Shown here: positions 9,559-17,688 of the stretch, one piece after another | Position numbering within the stretch: the stretch's first letter is position 1 | How the letters are laid out: every line of letters starts with the position of its first letter | NCBI GenBank assembly: GCA_003345555.1 | Contig: PRDJ01000001.1 | Coordinates: 30,001 to 62,000 of the forward strand | Direction of reading: 5' to 3' | DNA: 32,000 nt | Source: Candidatus Thorarchaeota archaeon | GTDB taxonomy: Archaea > Asgardarchaeota > Thorarchaeia > Thorarchaeales > Thorarchaeaceae | Translations under genes and position numbers: made by a program | The notes under the pieces: model-generated | The model's input: the letters and a program-made list of their open reading frames with translations, nothing else | Databases searched by the model: none | Told to the model about the DNA's origin: nothing

Positions 9559-10227
9559 TCAATAGGACAATGTAAGCACGATTGAATAGGAATATCGGTC
9601 TATACCCTGCAGTTGCATCGCCCATATGGTCAGAGTGAATGGAACGCCAGTGACTGTGTCTACCTTGGCAGACCAGCCTATACCAGAACCAGCGGCGTAG
9701 GTTCTGTGTCCTATGAGAAACCCATCTTGTTCCACTTCGGAGAAGTAGGTGTTGCAAACAAAGCCGGGTTCAGGTTCATCGACATAGAATGAGTCTAGAA
9801 GGCTCCATCCTCCTACGGGCAATATGCACCTCGACACCACCGCGTTTAGGAAATCGTATTTCGCGCCTACTATTTCTGTTCCATCGTAGTGTCTGAGAGC
9901 CCCTACCTGTTGTGTTTTCAGATAGTCAATCACGTGTTCAGTGAAACTACTACTGCTCAACGCGTCATCGAGGCTTGGCAAGGATGTGACGTTGATGCTT
10001 ATCAGAGAGTCATCCAGTACATAGAACGGCGGCGGTCCGTATGTGATGTTTTCCTCAAAGACACTCGTTGAGTTGCCGGTTACAGCAATGAAATACGTCA
10101 TTGCCAGACCTGGGTTCACACGCCAACGAGGAGTTTCCAACTGTGCATACTGAAACACGCTGAATGCCGCGATGAGATTCGCTAGTATGATTGCCGTCAT
10201 CAGCATGCCGGTCTTCTTTTTCTCCAA
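9559..10227 (-). CDS. Exported or membrane-anchored hypothetical protein
   Basis: Basic N-terminus (KKK) followed by hydrophobic helix MLMTAIILANLIAAFSVF, then a soluble domain. Confidence 0.75.
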   Translation of the reverse strand: MEKKKTGMLMTAIILANLIAAFSVFQYAQLETPRWRVNPGLAMTYFIAVTGNSTSVFEENITYGPPPFYVLDDSLISINVTSLPSLDDALSSSSFTEHVIDYLKTQQVGALRHYDGTEIVGAKYDFLNAVVSRCILPVGGWSLLDSFYVDEPEPGFVCNTYFSEVEQDGFLIGHRTYAAGSGIGWSAKVDTVTGVPFTLTIWAMQLQGIDRYSYSIVLTLSY

Positions 10228-10526
10228 CTGGGACTCCTTCGAGGGTTTTTCTATCGTGTCTATCTAGTTGCATTGCGAATCTGTTGCTTGAGTCTCACCT
10301 TTGGCGCCGCAACCGCTGACTATCTGGTCCGAGGCAGCATGTGAGTGATTAATGCTGTAAACACAGATGGATTTTATTCTATCTCTTCCATCGATCTCCT
10401 TGGCAACGCGGTCACCAGCAGACGGTCTTCGTCAGATTCATATCTAGACGGCCGAGAGCCCATAGGGTCTTCGGGGGTCGGTTGTCATGAATCTATCTTG
10501 CCTAGCACAAAGGGTCACGATGCGCT

Positions 10527-11570
10527 TCAGTACATCTCTCTCGGAGAAGCTCTGAGCAGACTAGTGAGTATGACTCCCGCGAAGATGAAGAATGCCAACC
10601 AGATGATTAGGGTTACTATCAAGATACTCGTTTTGAAGAATATCTCCACCAAGAGAAACATCCCGACGACAACTGTGTTTGACGGACCTCCGATGGTGCC
10701 ATTATCATTGGCTTTCAGTCTCCATCGCAGAACCACCATAAACGCAACGATGAACAAAGAAAACCAATTCACATAATTCGTGAACAGCCAGGGCATGTCA
10801 AGGAAGGGGATGATACCGAAAGGAGTGGGCATTGGAGGAAGATAGAACACAATGAGTATCACGAAACAAACCGTCTCAAAGATTCTGATTAATGCTGAAG
10901 GGGTTCTTGTATAGACCTCGCCGTAAAGCCCCTTGTCATACTGTCCTGCCGCGAAGAAGAGGAAGTAGAAGGGGGCGCCAAAACTCAGCGCGTTAACAAG
11001 GCACTGAGCAACTCCGTAAACGATACCGACCCAGTAAGTGCTCCAAGCATCAAGTATCGTCTGCCATACCTGAAGATAGGCCGGAGTAAATTGAATCATT
11101 ATGATGAAGGGCAATATGCAGAGCGCAATCCCAACAAGAACCCCCAGTGCAGCCGCGGGTCTTCCTCCTCCCATCTTGCCCACTCCGACTCTGTAGAAGA
11201 CATGCCCCGCAACAAACAGCCCCCCTGCGAGTGCCATTGGGGCTGTGGCCAAAGGAAGAATGAAGAATGTCAGGACAAATGCCGCGTTGGCTCCATAGAA
11301 GACTCTCCATCTCAAAGGAACCGTCGTCGTGGTGTCATGCATGATTTGAACTGCGTTTGCCAGGCGATAGCGTTCATAATACATTGCTCCGACCCACGCC
11401 GCTGAGAATACCGCTGGTGCTGCGACATGATGGAACAACCAGTTCAGTACAGGATCGTCGAATGGCGCCATCTGAAAAGGCAGCATGAACATTAGAAGAA
11501 AGAAGTAGATGGGTCCTAGGGCAGCAAGGAAAACAACTGTGATGCGTGTCATCAGCCAGTCGGGACTCAT
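10527..11570 (-). CDS. Polytopic membrane protein of unknown function (about 9-10 TM helices)
   Basis: 347 aa made almost entirely of hydrophobic stretches with short loops. No recognisable transporter motif. Confidence 0.8.
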   Translation of the reverse strand: MSPDWLMTRITVVFLAALGPIYFFLLMFMLPFQMAPFDDPVLNWLFHHVAAPAVFSAAWVGAMYYERYRLANAVQIMHDTTTTVPLRWRVFYGANAAFVLTFFILPLATAPMALAGGLFVAGHVFYRVGVGKMGGGRPAAALGVLVGIALCILPFIIMIQFTPAYLQVWQTILDAWSTYWVGIVYGVAQCLVNALSFGAPFYFLFFAAGQYDKGLYGEVYTRTPSALIRIFETVCFVILIVFYLPPMPTPFGIIPFLDMPWLFTNYVNWFSLFIVAFMVVLRWRLKANDNGTIGGPSNTVVVGMFLLVEIFFKTSILIVTLIIWLAFFIFAGVILTSLLRASPREMY

Positions 11571-11603
11571 TGACTCTGTCTCCTAAGGGTGTTTCCGAAT
11601 TGG

Positions 11604-11609
11604 ATATAT
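11604..11609. promoter_or_regulatory. Candidate shared TATA element (ATATAT) for the divergent membrane-protein and pyrF genes
   Basis: About 35-40 nt from both starts (11570 on minus, 11648 on plus). Confidence 0.35.
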
Positions 11610-11647
11610 GCGAGCGTCATCATCGACGAGATAAGAGTTATCCGATA

Positions 11648-12466
11648 TTGAAGGTGCTGACTGTGCAAGTCCTGAAGCGCAAGCTTGCGGCTGCTGCATT
11701 CGTTAGGAAGAGCAGACTGATTGTGGGGCTGGATTTTACAGCTAACACTGCACAGACCATGGGTAAGGGTTCACGACAAGAGATAGACCGCTTAGAACGA
11801 GATGCGTTGAAGGTAATCACCAGCACTGCTGATTATGCAGTCTCATTCAAGTTCAATTATCATTTGGTTCTGCCTTTGGGCTTGTTTGATAGAATCCCGG
11901 GCCTCATTGACAAGATACACGGTTATGGCCTCACAGCGATCATGGACTGCAAGATGAACGATATTGGCAACACGAATGAGCACGCAGCTCGCTACTACTA
12001 TGACGCAGGATTCGATGGCATCATCGTCAATCCATTCGTTGGATGGGAGGGTGGTTTGGATTCTGTGTTCAAACTGGCTCAGACTAAGCAACGCGGTATT
12101 GTGACGCTATGCTACATGTCACATCCTGCCGCGGACGAAGGATATGGTCTCAATGTCGCCGTCGACAAGAAGATGAAGACCCACGAACCAATGTATTTGG
12201 TATTCGCTCGTCGTGCACAGTCTTGGGGATCTGATGCGGTAATCGTAGGCGCCACGTATCCCGAGAAGATAAGCGAGGTCAAGGGGATTCTGGGTGAAGA
12301 GATACCGATCATCTCACCGGGTGTTGGAGCTCAAGGCGGTAGTGCAGCAGAGGCCATAAGCGCTGGCGCATCCTACGTTATTGCTGTGAGGTCGATAATA
12401 GAGTCACCGGACCCTGGCGCAGTAGCAAAGAATCTTGCCGAAGAGACACAGAGCGCATCATCGTGA
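11648..12466 (+). CDS. pyrF: Orotidine 5'-phosphate decarboxylase
   Basis: SRLIVGLD, FKFNYH, catalytic DCKMNDIGNT (DxKxxD) and ISPGVGAQGG. The ORF track starts at 11546, overlapping the divergent gene. TTG 11648 or GTG 11654 is more likely. Confidence 0.95.
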   Translation: MKVLTVQVLKRKLAAAAFVRKSRLIVGLDFTANTAQTMGKGSRQEIDRLERDALKVITSTADYAVSFKFNYHLVLPLGLFDRIPGLIDKIHGYGLTAIMDCKMNDIGNTNEHAARYYYDAGFDGIIVNPFVGWEGGLDSVFKLAQTKQRGIVTLCYMSHPAADEGYGLNVAVDKKMKTHEPMYLVFARRAQSWGSDAVIVGATYPEKISEVKGILGEEIPIISPGVGAQGGSAAEAISAGASYVIAVRSIIESPDPGAVAKNLAEETQSASS

Positions 12467-12512
12467 GTGCAGCCTTTCACTTGGGGCCGGTAATTTGACT
12501 GCGGCCTCGTAT

Positions 12513-12530
12513 TGTACAATAATGTACATG
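12513..12530. promoter_or_regulatory. Operator-like box 1: TGTACA-ataa-TGTACA-tg
   Basis: Two palindromic TGTACA hexamers 10 bp apart, 17/18 identical to the reverse complement of box 2. Confidence 0.6.
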
Positions 12531-12575
12531 GTCGTCTAGAATGCGGCACCACGACCGTCAGACAGCCAGAAACAG

Positions 12576-12580
12576 TTAAA
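12576..12580 (+). promoter_or_regulatory. Candidate TATA (TTAAA, preceded by purine-rich GAAACAG) for the aminotransferase gene
   Basis: Lies between the two TGTACA boxes, about 100 nt before ATG 12679. Confidence 0.4.
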
Positions 12581-12604
12581 GGACCCGGTCTGTATGTGGT
12601 TTAC

Positions 12605-12630
12605 GTTCATGTACAGTATTGTACATGAAC
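12605..12630. promoter_or_regulatory. Operator-like box 2: perfect 11-bp inverted repeat GTTCATGTACA-gtat-TGTACATGAAC
   Basis: Arms at 12605-12615 and 12620-12630 are exact reverse complements and contain TGTACA-N4-TGTACA. Confidence 0.65.
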
Positions 12631-12678
12631 AGCGGAAAGGGGTGATGCGCAGCCACCGTTGTCTCGGAGAGTAAGTTC

Positions 12679-13947
12679 ATGGGAAACAATGAGGGTTATG
12701 CCTTTGCGACCTGGACAAGTTTCATCGAAGAGTCGCAGATTCGTGCACTTCTCAAGTACAATGTAAAGTACTACTTCGCTGGCGGGAAACCGGGCATCGT
12801 GCCCACTGGAGTTTTTGCAAAGATAATGGCCGATCTGAGTGAGCGTTACAAGAAAGACCCAGCAATGGCACTCGACGATTTGAACTATGGACCAACCGCG
12901 GGTCAGCCCTATTTTCTGAAAACACTTGCAGAACGGCTTTGTAGAGTCAGAGGCCTACCTATCGACTGTGAAACCCAGTGGGAACGAGTATGCATCACGA
13001 ATGGATCCCAGCAGGCAATTTATGCTCTGCTTGACACGCTCATCGATCCTGGTGATGTGATAGTTACGCCGTCCCCATCATATCTCGGCTTCCTTGTGCC
13101 AGCAGTAAAGCTCGGCGCCCGGGTCATAACTGTGCCCACTGACTTGGACGGGATAATGCCGGAGTATGTTGACAAGGCTATTCGCGTTTCTGAAGAGAAG
13201 TTCGGCAAGACACCCGACATGGTCTATGTGGTTCCTGAGTCGGACAATCCCAAAGGAACGACTCTTCCATGGAAGAGAAGGCAGAGTCTGTTTGACATCT
13301 GCGAGAGCCACAAGATACTGATTCTGGAAGATGCGGCCTACGCAGAAATCCAGTTTAAGAAGACCCCCAAGCCAATCAAGTCTCTTGATAAGGAGAACGA
13401 GCGCGTCGCGTATCTCGGGACCACTAGCAAGGAAGCTGCAGTTCTTCGAGTCGGTTATTCTGTACTTCCGGACAGTGTGAAGGAACAAGTTATGAAAGAC
13501 AAGGGATACCTAGATCTGTGTACATCAAGCTTCGTGCAGCGGATCTTAGACGAGTATTATCGCAAATACATCGATGAAGCAATGAGGGTTGCGGTTCCGA
13601 AATACAAGGAACGATGTGCGGCGATGGCGAAAGCAATCGATGCGGACTTCCCCGCAGGAGAAAGGACAGACCCAACAGGCGGATTCTTCATCTGGTGGCG
13701 AAGCGAAAAGAGAGACTTTGACAGCAGCGAATTCATGCAGAGAGTTGCGATTCCCAACGATGTCATGTATGTCCCAGGCGGTCCGTTCTATCCAATCTCT
13801 GGGTTTAGGTTGACTGACGACGGAACCGACCTAGTGGCGAGTGTTCCTGAACCGAATACGATGCGTTTGGGTTTCTCATTCGAAGAACCAAAGCTGATAG
13901 CAGAAGGAATAGGGCGGCTCGGGAAGTTGCTGTCCAAGGAGCTTTGA
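12679..13947 (+). CDS. PLP-dependent aminotransferase class I/II, LysN/ARO8 type (2-aminoadipate or aromatic amino acid)
   Basis: FAGGKP, YGPTAG, ITNGSQQA, PSYLG, DNPKG, ILEDAAY, PLP lysine in GTTSK and MRLGFS. No N-terminal HTH. Confidence 0.9.
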   Translation: MGNNEGYAFATWTSFIEESQIRALLKYNVKYYFAGGKPGIVPTGVFAKIMADLSERYKKDPAMALDDLNYGPTAGQPYFLKTLAERLCRVRGLPIDCETQWERVCITNGSQQAIYALLDTLIDPGDVIVTPSPSYLGFLVPAVKLGARVITVPTDLDGIMPEYVDKAIRVSEEKFGKTPDMVYVVPESDNPKGTTLPWKRRQSLFDICESHKILILEDAAYAEIQFKKTPKPIKSLDKENERVAYLGTTSKEAAVLRVGYSVLPDSVKEQVMKDKGYLDLCTSSFVQRILDEYYRKYIDEAMRVAVPKYKERCAAMAKAIDADFPAGERTDPTGGFFIWWRSEKRDFDSSEFMQRVAIPNDVMYVPGGPFYPISGFRLTDDGTDLVASVPEPNTMRLGFSFEEPKLIAEGIGRLGKLLSKEL

Positions 13948-13950
13948 TAG

Positions 13951-15690
13951 TTATAGTTCTCTTGCGTCTTGCTCTCGAATCGAGAAGTTCACGAAGACAG
14001 TTGCACCGTTCTTCATCTCTTCAGAATACGCTCGTTCATACGGTCCGAAGAGATCCGGGAATCCCGAGTTGATTGCCCACTCAATCCATGACCAAGCACT
14101 CTCTTGTCCTGCCTTCTCTTCTGCGAACTCCCCGAATGCCCAACTCAGGTAACGTTCGACGTCGAATCTGGTGGCCACCAGATTGCTGGCTTCCTCTCCT
14201 GTGCGATGAGGCGCCGCCTCATTGATTTGCGCGAGCCTCCGATTCAGTTCGTCTCTCGTCGCGATTATGAGCTCCGATAATTCCAACAGGGCTGAATTCA
14301 TATCTTCAAACCTGCGTTTGCTGCGGAGCTTGGTCAACCTGCCCAACAGGCTGAAGAGCTTGGGCGAATGCAGAACGGGGAGTCCACGTGTCTTCATAGC
14401 ATCTGCGAGCCGTTCGTTCCACGGGGTATTGAAGTAAGCTCGAGGGTACTTCACGAATAGCGGAAATGGTACATTAAGGGCCTTGGCGATGGGTATGACT
14501 TGAGCATAGTAAGCGGCCTCCCCAATTCCTCCGATATGGACTGTGACGGGCAACACAAAATCCGTCATGAGCTGCCTCGAATCAACGCGTGGCGAAAGAC
14601 TACTCTCGACTGCGCTCAGGTCTGGTGCGCCGGCATTACAATCAATATCAATCTGGTCGCCACACGAAGGACATCGACCGGTCAATCCAATCCGTGAGCC
14701 GCGGTCTGCATAGTGCAACTCGGTCCTGCTGAAGTGGCACGAGTCATTCGGGCACTCATAGTAGAATGGAACATAGTCTGCCCCCCTTGAGCCCATCCCG
14801 GGCCTGAATCCATTTTCGGTGATGAGGTTGGTGGCGACTTCATGTGCTTGCAGGAACAGGGTTCTGTTGGATCGAGCGAGAAGGAACTCCATTCCGATGG
14901 TCATCAAATGCTTGATTCGCGTATCGGAGGCGGGAATAAGCGGGATTCCAAGGTCCTGCTCAACATTGAACAGGCGAGCGAGGATTCTTTCTGCCCAATC
15001 CCCAAGCGTTCGAGAGCTGACGTACGCAGACCTTGCGAGGGCAAGACAGTGCTCAAGTCTTTCTTGAAAGAGAGTATGGGCAGTCCCAGACAAGGCTTTG
15101 AATAGAGGTCTATACCCAGCCCGGATTCCTTCCTCGACCTGTGAGTACCAGTCGTGGTCTGGCAGCGGAATAGCGTGAACCGGCGAGTATTCATACCCTT
15201 CCCGAACCGGAAGACTCACGAGATTGCCAGCCTGTCCTGAGGCTGGCGTTCTTGTGTTCGTAAGTTCCGGCTGCACAATGTCGTAGTCTGCCACAAAGAA
15301 GACTGGTGACAGGTCAACTCCTTTCTCACGGCCTAGTGCTGCTACCTTTCCCGCTGTAGCGGCTTTGTTGAGGATGTAACAAGTGCCTCCCATGACAACA
15401 CTTTGATGGGACGCTTCAACAACTCCGTATGGAACGCGTTCAATAGCCGACTTCACTTTGGGTGTGAGGCACTCCAACTGCCTGTTCATGTCTTCGAGGG
15501 CCTTTCGGAGTATCTCCATCCGTTCGAGGGTGTGCCATCCGGTTTTGGTGAATGCCTCTGCAATGCTTGGTACCCTTTCTCCAATGCCACCCATCGTCAG
15601 GACCGGACCATCGTAGAGCTTCTGTGCAAGTCCTGTGGATTTCCCTTTCCAGATGAAGTCTTGATAGACCTCCACAATGCCGAGGTCCAT
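13951..15690 (-). CDS. bshC: Bacillithiol biosynthesis cysteine-adding enzyme BshC homolog
   Basis: VVEASHQSVVMGGTCYILNK matches the BshC VxxGQQxxxxGGPxYxxxK region, PVFFVADYD matches PVFWxxxED, and HIGGIGEAAYYAQ matches xxGPGExAYxxQ. Helical coiled C-terminal part. Directly downstream of bshA with a GGAGG RBS. Confidence 0.82.
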   Translation of the reverse strand: MDLGIVEVYQDFIWKGKSTGLAQKLYDGPVLTMGGIGERVPSIAEAFTKTGWHTLERMEILRKALEDMNRQLECLTPKVKSAIERVPYGVVEASHQSVVMGGTCYILNKAATAGKVAALGREKGVDLSPVFFVADYDIVQPELTNTRTPASGQAGNLVSLPVREGYEYSPVHAIPLPDHDWYSQVEEGIRAGYRPLFKALSGTAHTLFQERLEHCLALARSAYVSSRTLGDWAERILARLFNVEQDLGIPLIPASDTRIKHLMTIGMEFLLARSNRTLFLQAHEVATNLITENGFRPGMGSRGADYVPFYYECPNDSCHFSRTELHYADRGSRIGLTGRCPSCGDQIDIDCNAGAPDLSAVESSLSPRVDSRQLMTDFVLPVTVHIGGIGEAAYYAQVIPIAKALNVPFPLFVKYPRAYFNTPWNERLADAMKTRGLPVLHSPKLFSLLGRLTKLRSKRRFEDMNSALLELSELIIATRDELNRRLAQINEAAPHRTGEEASNLVATRFDVERYLSWAFGEFAEEKAGQESAWSWIEWAINSGFPDLFGPYERAYSEEMKNGATVFVNFSIREQDAREL

Positions 15691-15704
15691 TTCTGCTGTC
15701 CTCC

Positions 15705-16877
15705 TTAGCTGGCGATGGCCTCTTCGAATACCCTTTCGTACATGGGTACGATCTTGTCAGGAGAGAAGTTCTCAACTACCCTTTTTCTGCCCGCCTTGGC
15801 AAGCTTGCTGCGGAGAGAATCATTCTCAAGGATCTTGATAACCTCTTGGGCGAATTCATCGGGCTCGAAACCCTTTGTTACAATTCCATCTACTCCCGGA
15901 CGCACTAGTTCCGGCACCCCTCCAGCTGGAGTCGTAACCACAGGGACCTCGCACGCCATTGATTCCAGCAAGACAAGTGGCATTCCCTCCAAGGTTGAAT
16001 TAAGGAGGAATGCATCCGCACCGCATAGTATCTCCTGCATATTTGACCTGACGCCCAATAGATGAACATTATTGCAGAGGTTGAGTCTCTCGATTTTCCT
16101 CTCGACGTCAATCCTGCTGGGGCCGTCTCCAACAATCACTAGATGAGTCTTTGGAAGATCGTCCACCACAGTTCGAATGATATCGATGAGATCGGTCACT
16201 CGCTTCACCTCTCTGAAGTTAGAGATGTGAAGCAGCACCTTCTCATCAGGGTCGGATGATTCTGTGTCCTTTTCTTTTCTTGTTCCAACGCAACCGCTCT
16301 CGAGTTTGATTCGACAGTTCAGCATGGGGTGGAACTGTTCAACGTCTACGAAGTTTGGTATGACGTGAATCTCCCTTTGTATGCCGAGTCCATCGTATGC
16401 CTTCTTCTGAAGGAATCTTGATACTGCAGTGACTGCGTTAGCTTTCTCAGCCGTGAACTTGACCACAGGCTTGTAGGCCGGATCAATTCCAAGCGTGTGA
16501 ACATCCGAGCCGTGCAGAGTGATAACGTAAGGAAGCCCGGCTATCTCCCTGGCCATGTATGCCGCCATGGCATGCGGGATTGCGTAATGTGCATGTAGCA
16601 GGTCAAGTTTCGCGTCGCCTGCTACCTTGAGGATTTTTGATGTCAACGGTATCGTGTAAGGGGATCCAATCCCGCTGAAGAGCGGATAATCGAGCCTGTC
16701 GACCAAGTCGACGTAGATGCCCACGGGCTGTTCCCACATCAGTGCGAACGGACGTTGATAGGTGATGAAGTGTATAATGTGTCCTCGCTGAGCTAAATGC
16801 TCTCCGAGCCGAGTTGCCAGATGACCCGACCCACCCACACCGGGAAAAAGGTTCACACCAATTCGCAAGTGGCTCAC
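15705..16877 (-). CDS. bshA: N-acetyl-alpha-D-glucosaminyl L-malate synthase BshA (GT4 glycosyltransferase)
   Basis: RIGVNLFPGVGGSG, LLHAHYAIPHA, TLHGSDV, LLHISNFREVKRV and LVLLESMACEVP closely match Bacillus BshA as recalled. GTG start. Confidence 0.9.
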   Translation of the reverse strand: MSHLRIGVNLFPGVGGSGHLATRLGEHLAQRGHIIHFITYQRPFALMWEQPVGIYVDLVDRLDYPLFSGIGSPYTIPLTSKILKVAGDAKLDLLHAHYAIPHAMAAYMAREIAGLPYVITLHGSDVHTLGIDPAYKPVVKFTAEKANAVTAVSRFLQKKAYDGLGIQREIHVIPNFVDVEQFHPMLNCRIKLESGCVGTRKEKDTESSDPDEKVLLHISNFREVKRVTDLIDIIRTVVDDLPKTHLVIVGDGPSRIDVERKIERLNLCNNVHLLGVRSNMQEILCGADAFLLNSTLEGMPLVLLESMACEVPVVTTPAGGVPELVRPGVDGIVTKGFEPDEFAQEVIKILENDSLRSKLAKAGRKRVVENFSPDKIVPMYERVFEEAIAS

Positions 16878-16903
16878 TCGAGATTCGGATTTTGCTTTTG
16901 CCC

Positions 16904-16909
16904 TTTAAG
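16904..16909 (-). promoter_or_regulatory. Candidate TATA (CTTAAA) for a leaderless bshA-bshC transcript
   Basis: About 27 nt upstream of the bshA GTG, which lacks an evident RBS. Confidence 0.4.
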
Positions 16910-17007
16910 CGAGCTGGTTCAGCTAAACATGTCACTCAGAACAACTAGTCGTGCTAGGAACCTGTATGGTCCAAACCTTGATTAGATACCCGCTCTGAGT
17001 CTTTTCC

Positions 17008-17676
17008 ATGACTCCCTTATATCAGGGTTCGATTCTCGTTGTGATAGCACATCCGGATGACGAATGCATTGGCGCTGGCGGAACAATCAAGAAGCATACC
17101 GACCAAGGCGTCGACACTGATGTCTTGTGTTTGACGGGCAACGAAGTACGAAACGAAGAAATCAGGGCTGCATGCAAGGTACTCGGGGTGAGGGAGGTGT
17201 ACACGAACCAAAGAGATGACTTCGCCATCGACTGGTCTCTTGAGCAGGATATCGTATCAACCATTCTGAAGTCAAGGCCGACGGCTATCATTACCCATTC
17301 CGCGAACGACTACAACCGTAGTCATGTCCGGTGCTCAAAGATTGTGACCGATGCCGTTGAATGGGCATCCCATGTGACAATGCACGAGAACGCTGTCCGT
17401 GTTGACAGAATCTACAACATGGAGATTAACAGTCTGCATTCGCGACCCAATGTCCTTGTTGATGTGTCTGATTCGTTCGATGCGGCAATGAACGCGCTTC
17501 GAAAGCACACTTCACAGCTTCAGAAAGCCGATGGTTTCTACTTGCGGTTCTACGATGCAAGAACCCGCTTGCGTGGAGTCCAAGCAAGTTGCGAAAGAGC
17601 TGAAGCCTTTACTGTGTCGTTTCCGTTTCACGCAGGTCCATTTTACGGAAGAAACGCCGTTGAAAGCTTAGTCTAG
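17008..17676 (+). CDS. bshB: PIG-L/LmbE family de-N-acetylase, likely BshB (GlcNAc-malate deacetylase)
   Basis: VVIAHPDDECIGAGGT zinc motif, second metal His in DYNRSH and C-terminal RLRG...AEAF. Divergent from bshA. Confidence 0.78.
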   Translation: MTPLYQGSILVVIAHPDDECIGAGGTIKKHTDQGVDTDVLCLTGNEVRNEEIRAACKVLGVREVYTNQRDDFAIDWSLEQDIVSTILKSRPTAIITHSANDYNRSHVRCSKIVTDAVEWASHVTMHENAVRVDRIYNMEINSLHSRPNVLVDVSDSFDAAMNALRKHTSQLQKADGFYLRFYDARTRLRGVQASCERAEAFTVSFPFHAGPFYGRNAVESLV

Positions 17677-17688
17677 GAGCCTTGAACA

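Noticed and set aside
10345-10776. 143-aa plus-strand ORF
   Set aside because: Mostly antisense to the membrane protein gene, with no recognisable features.
12679-13947. MocR/GabR-type transcription factor call
   Set aside because: No N-terminal wHTH. The protein is the aminotransferase domain only.
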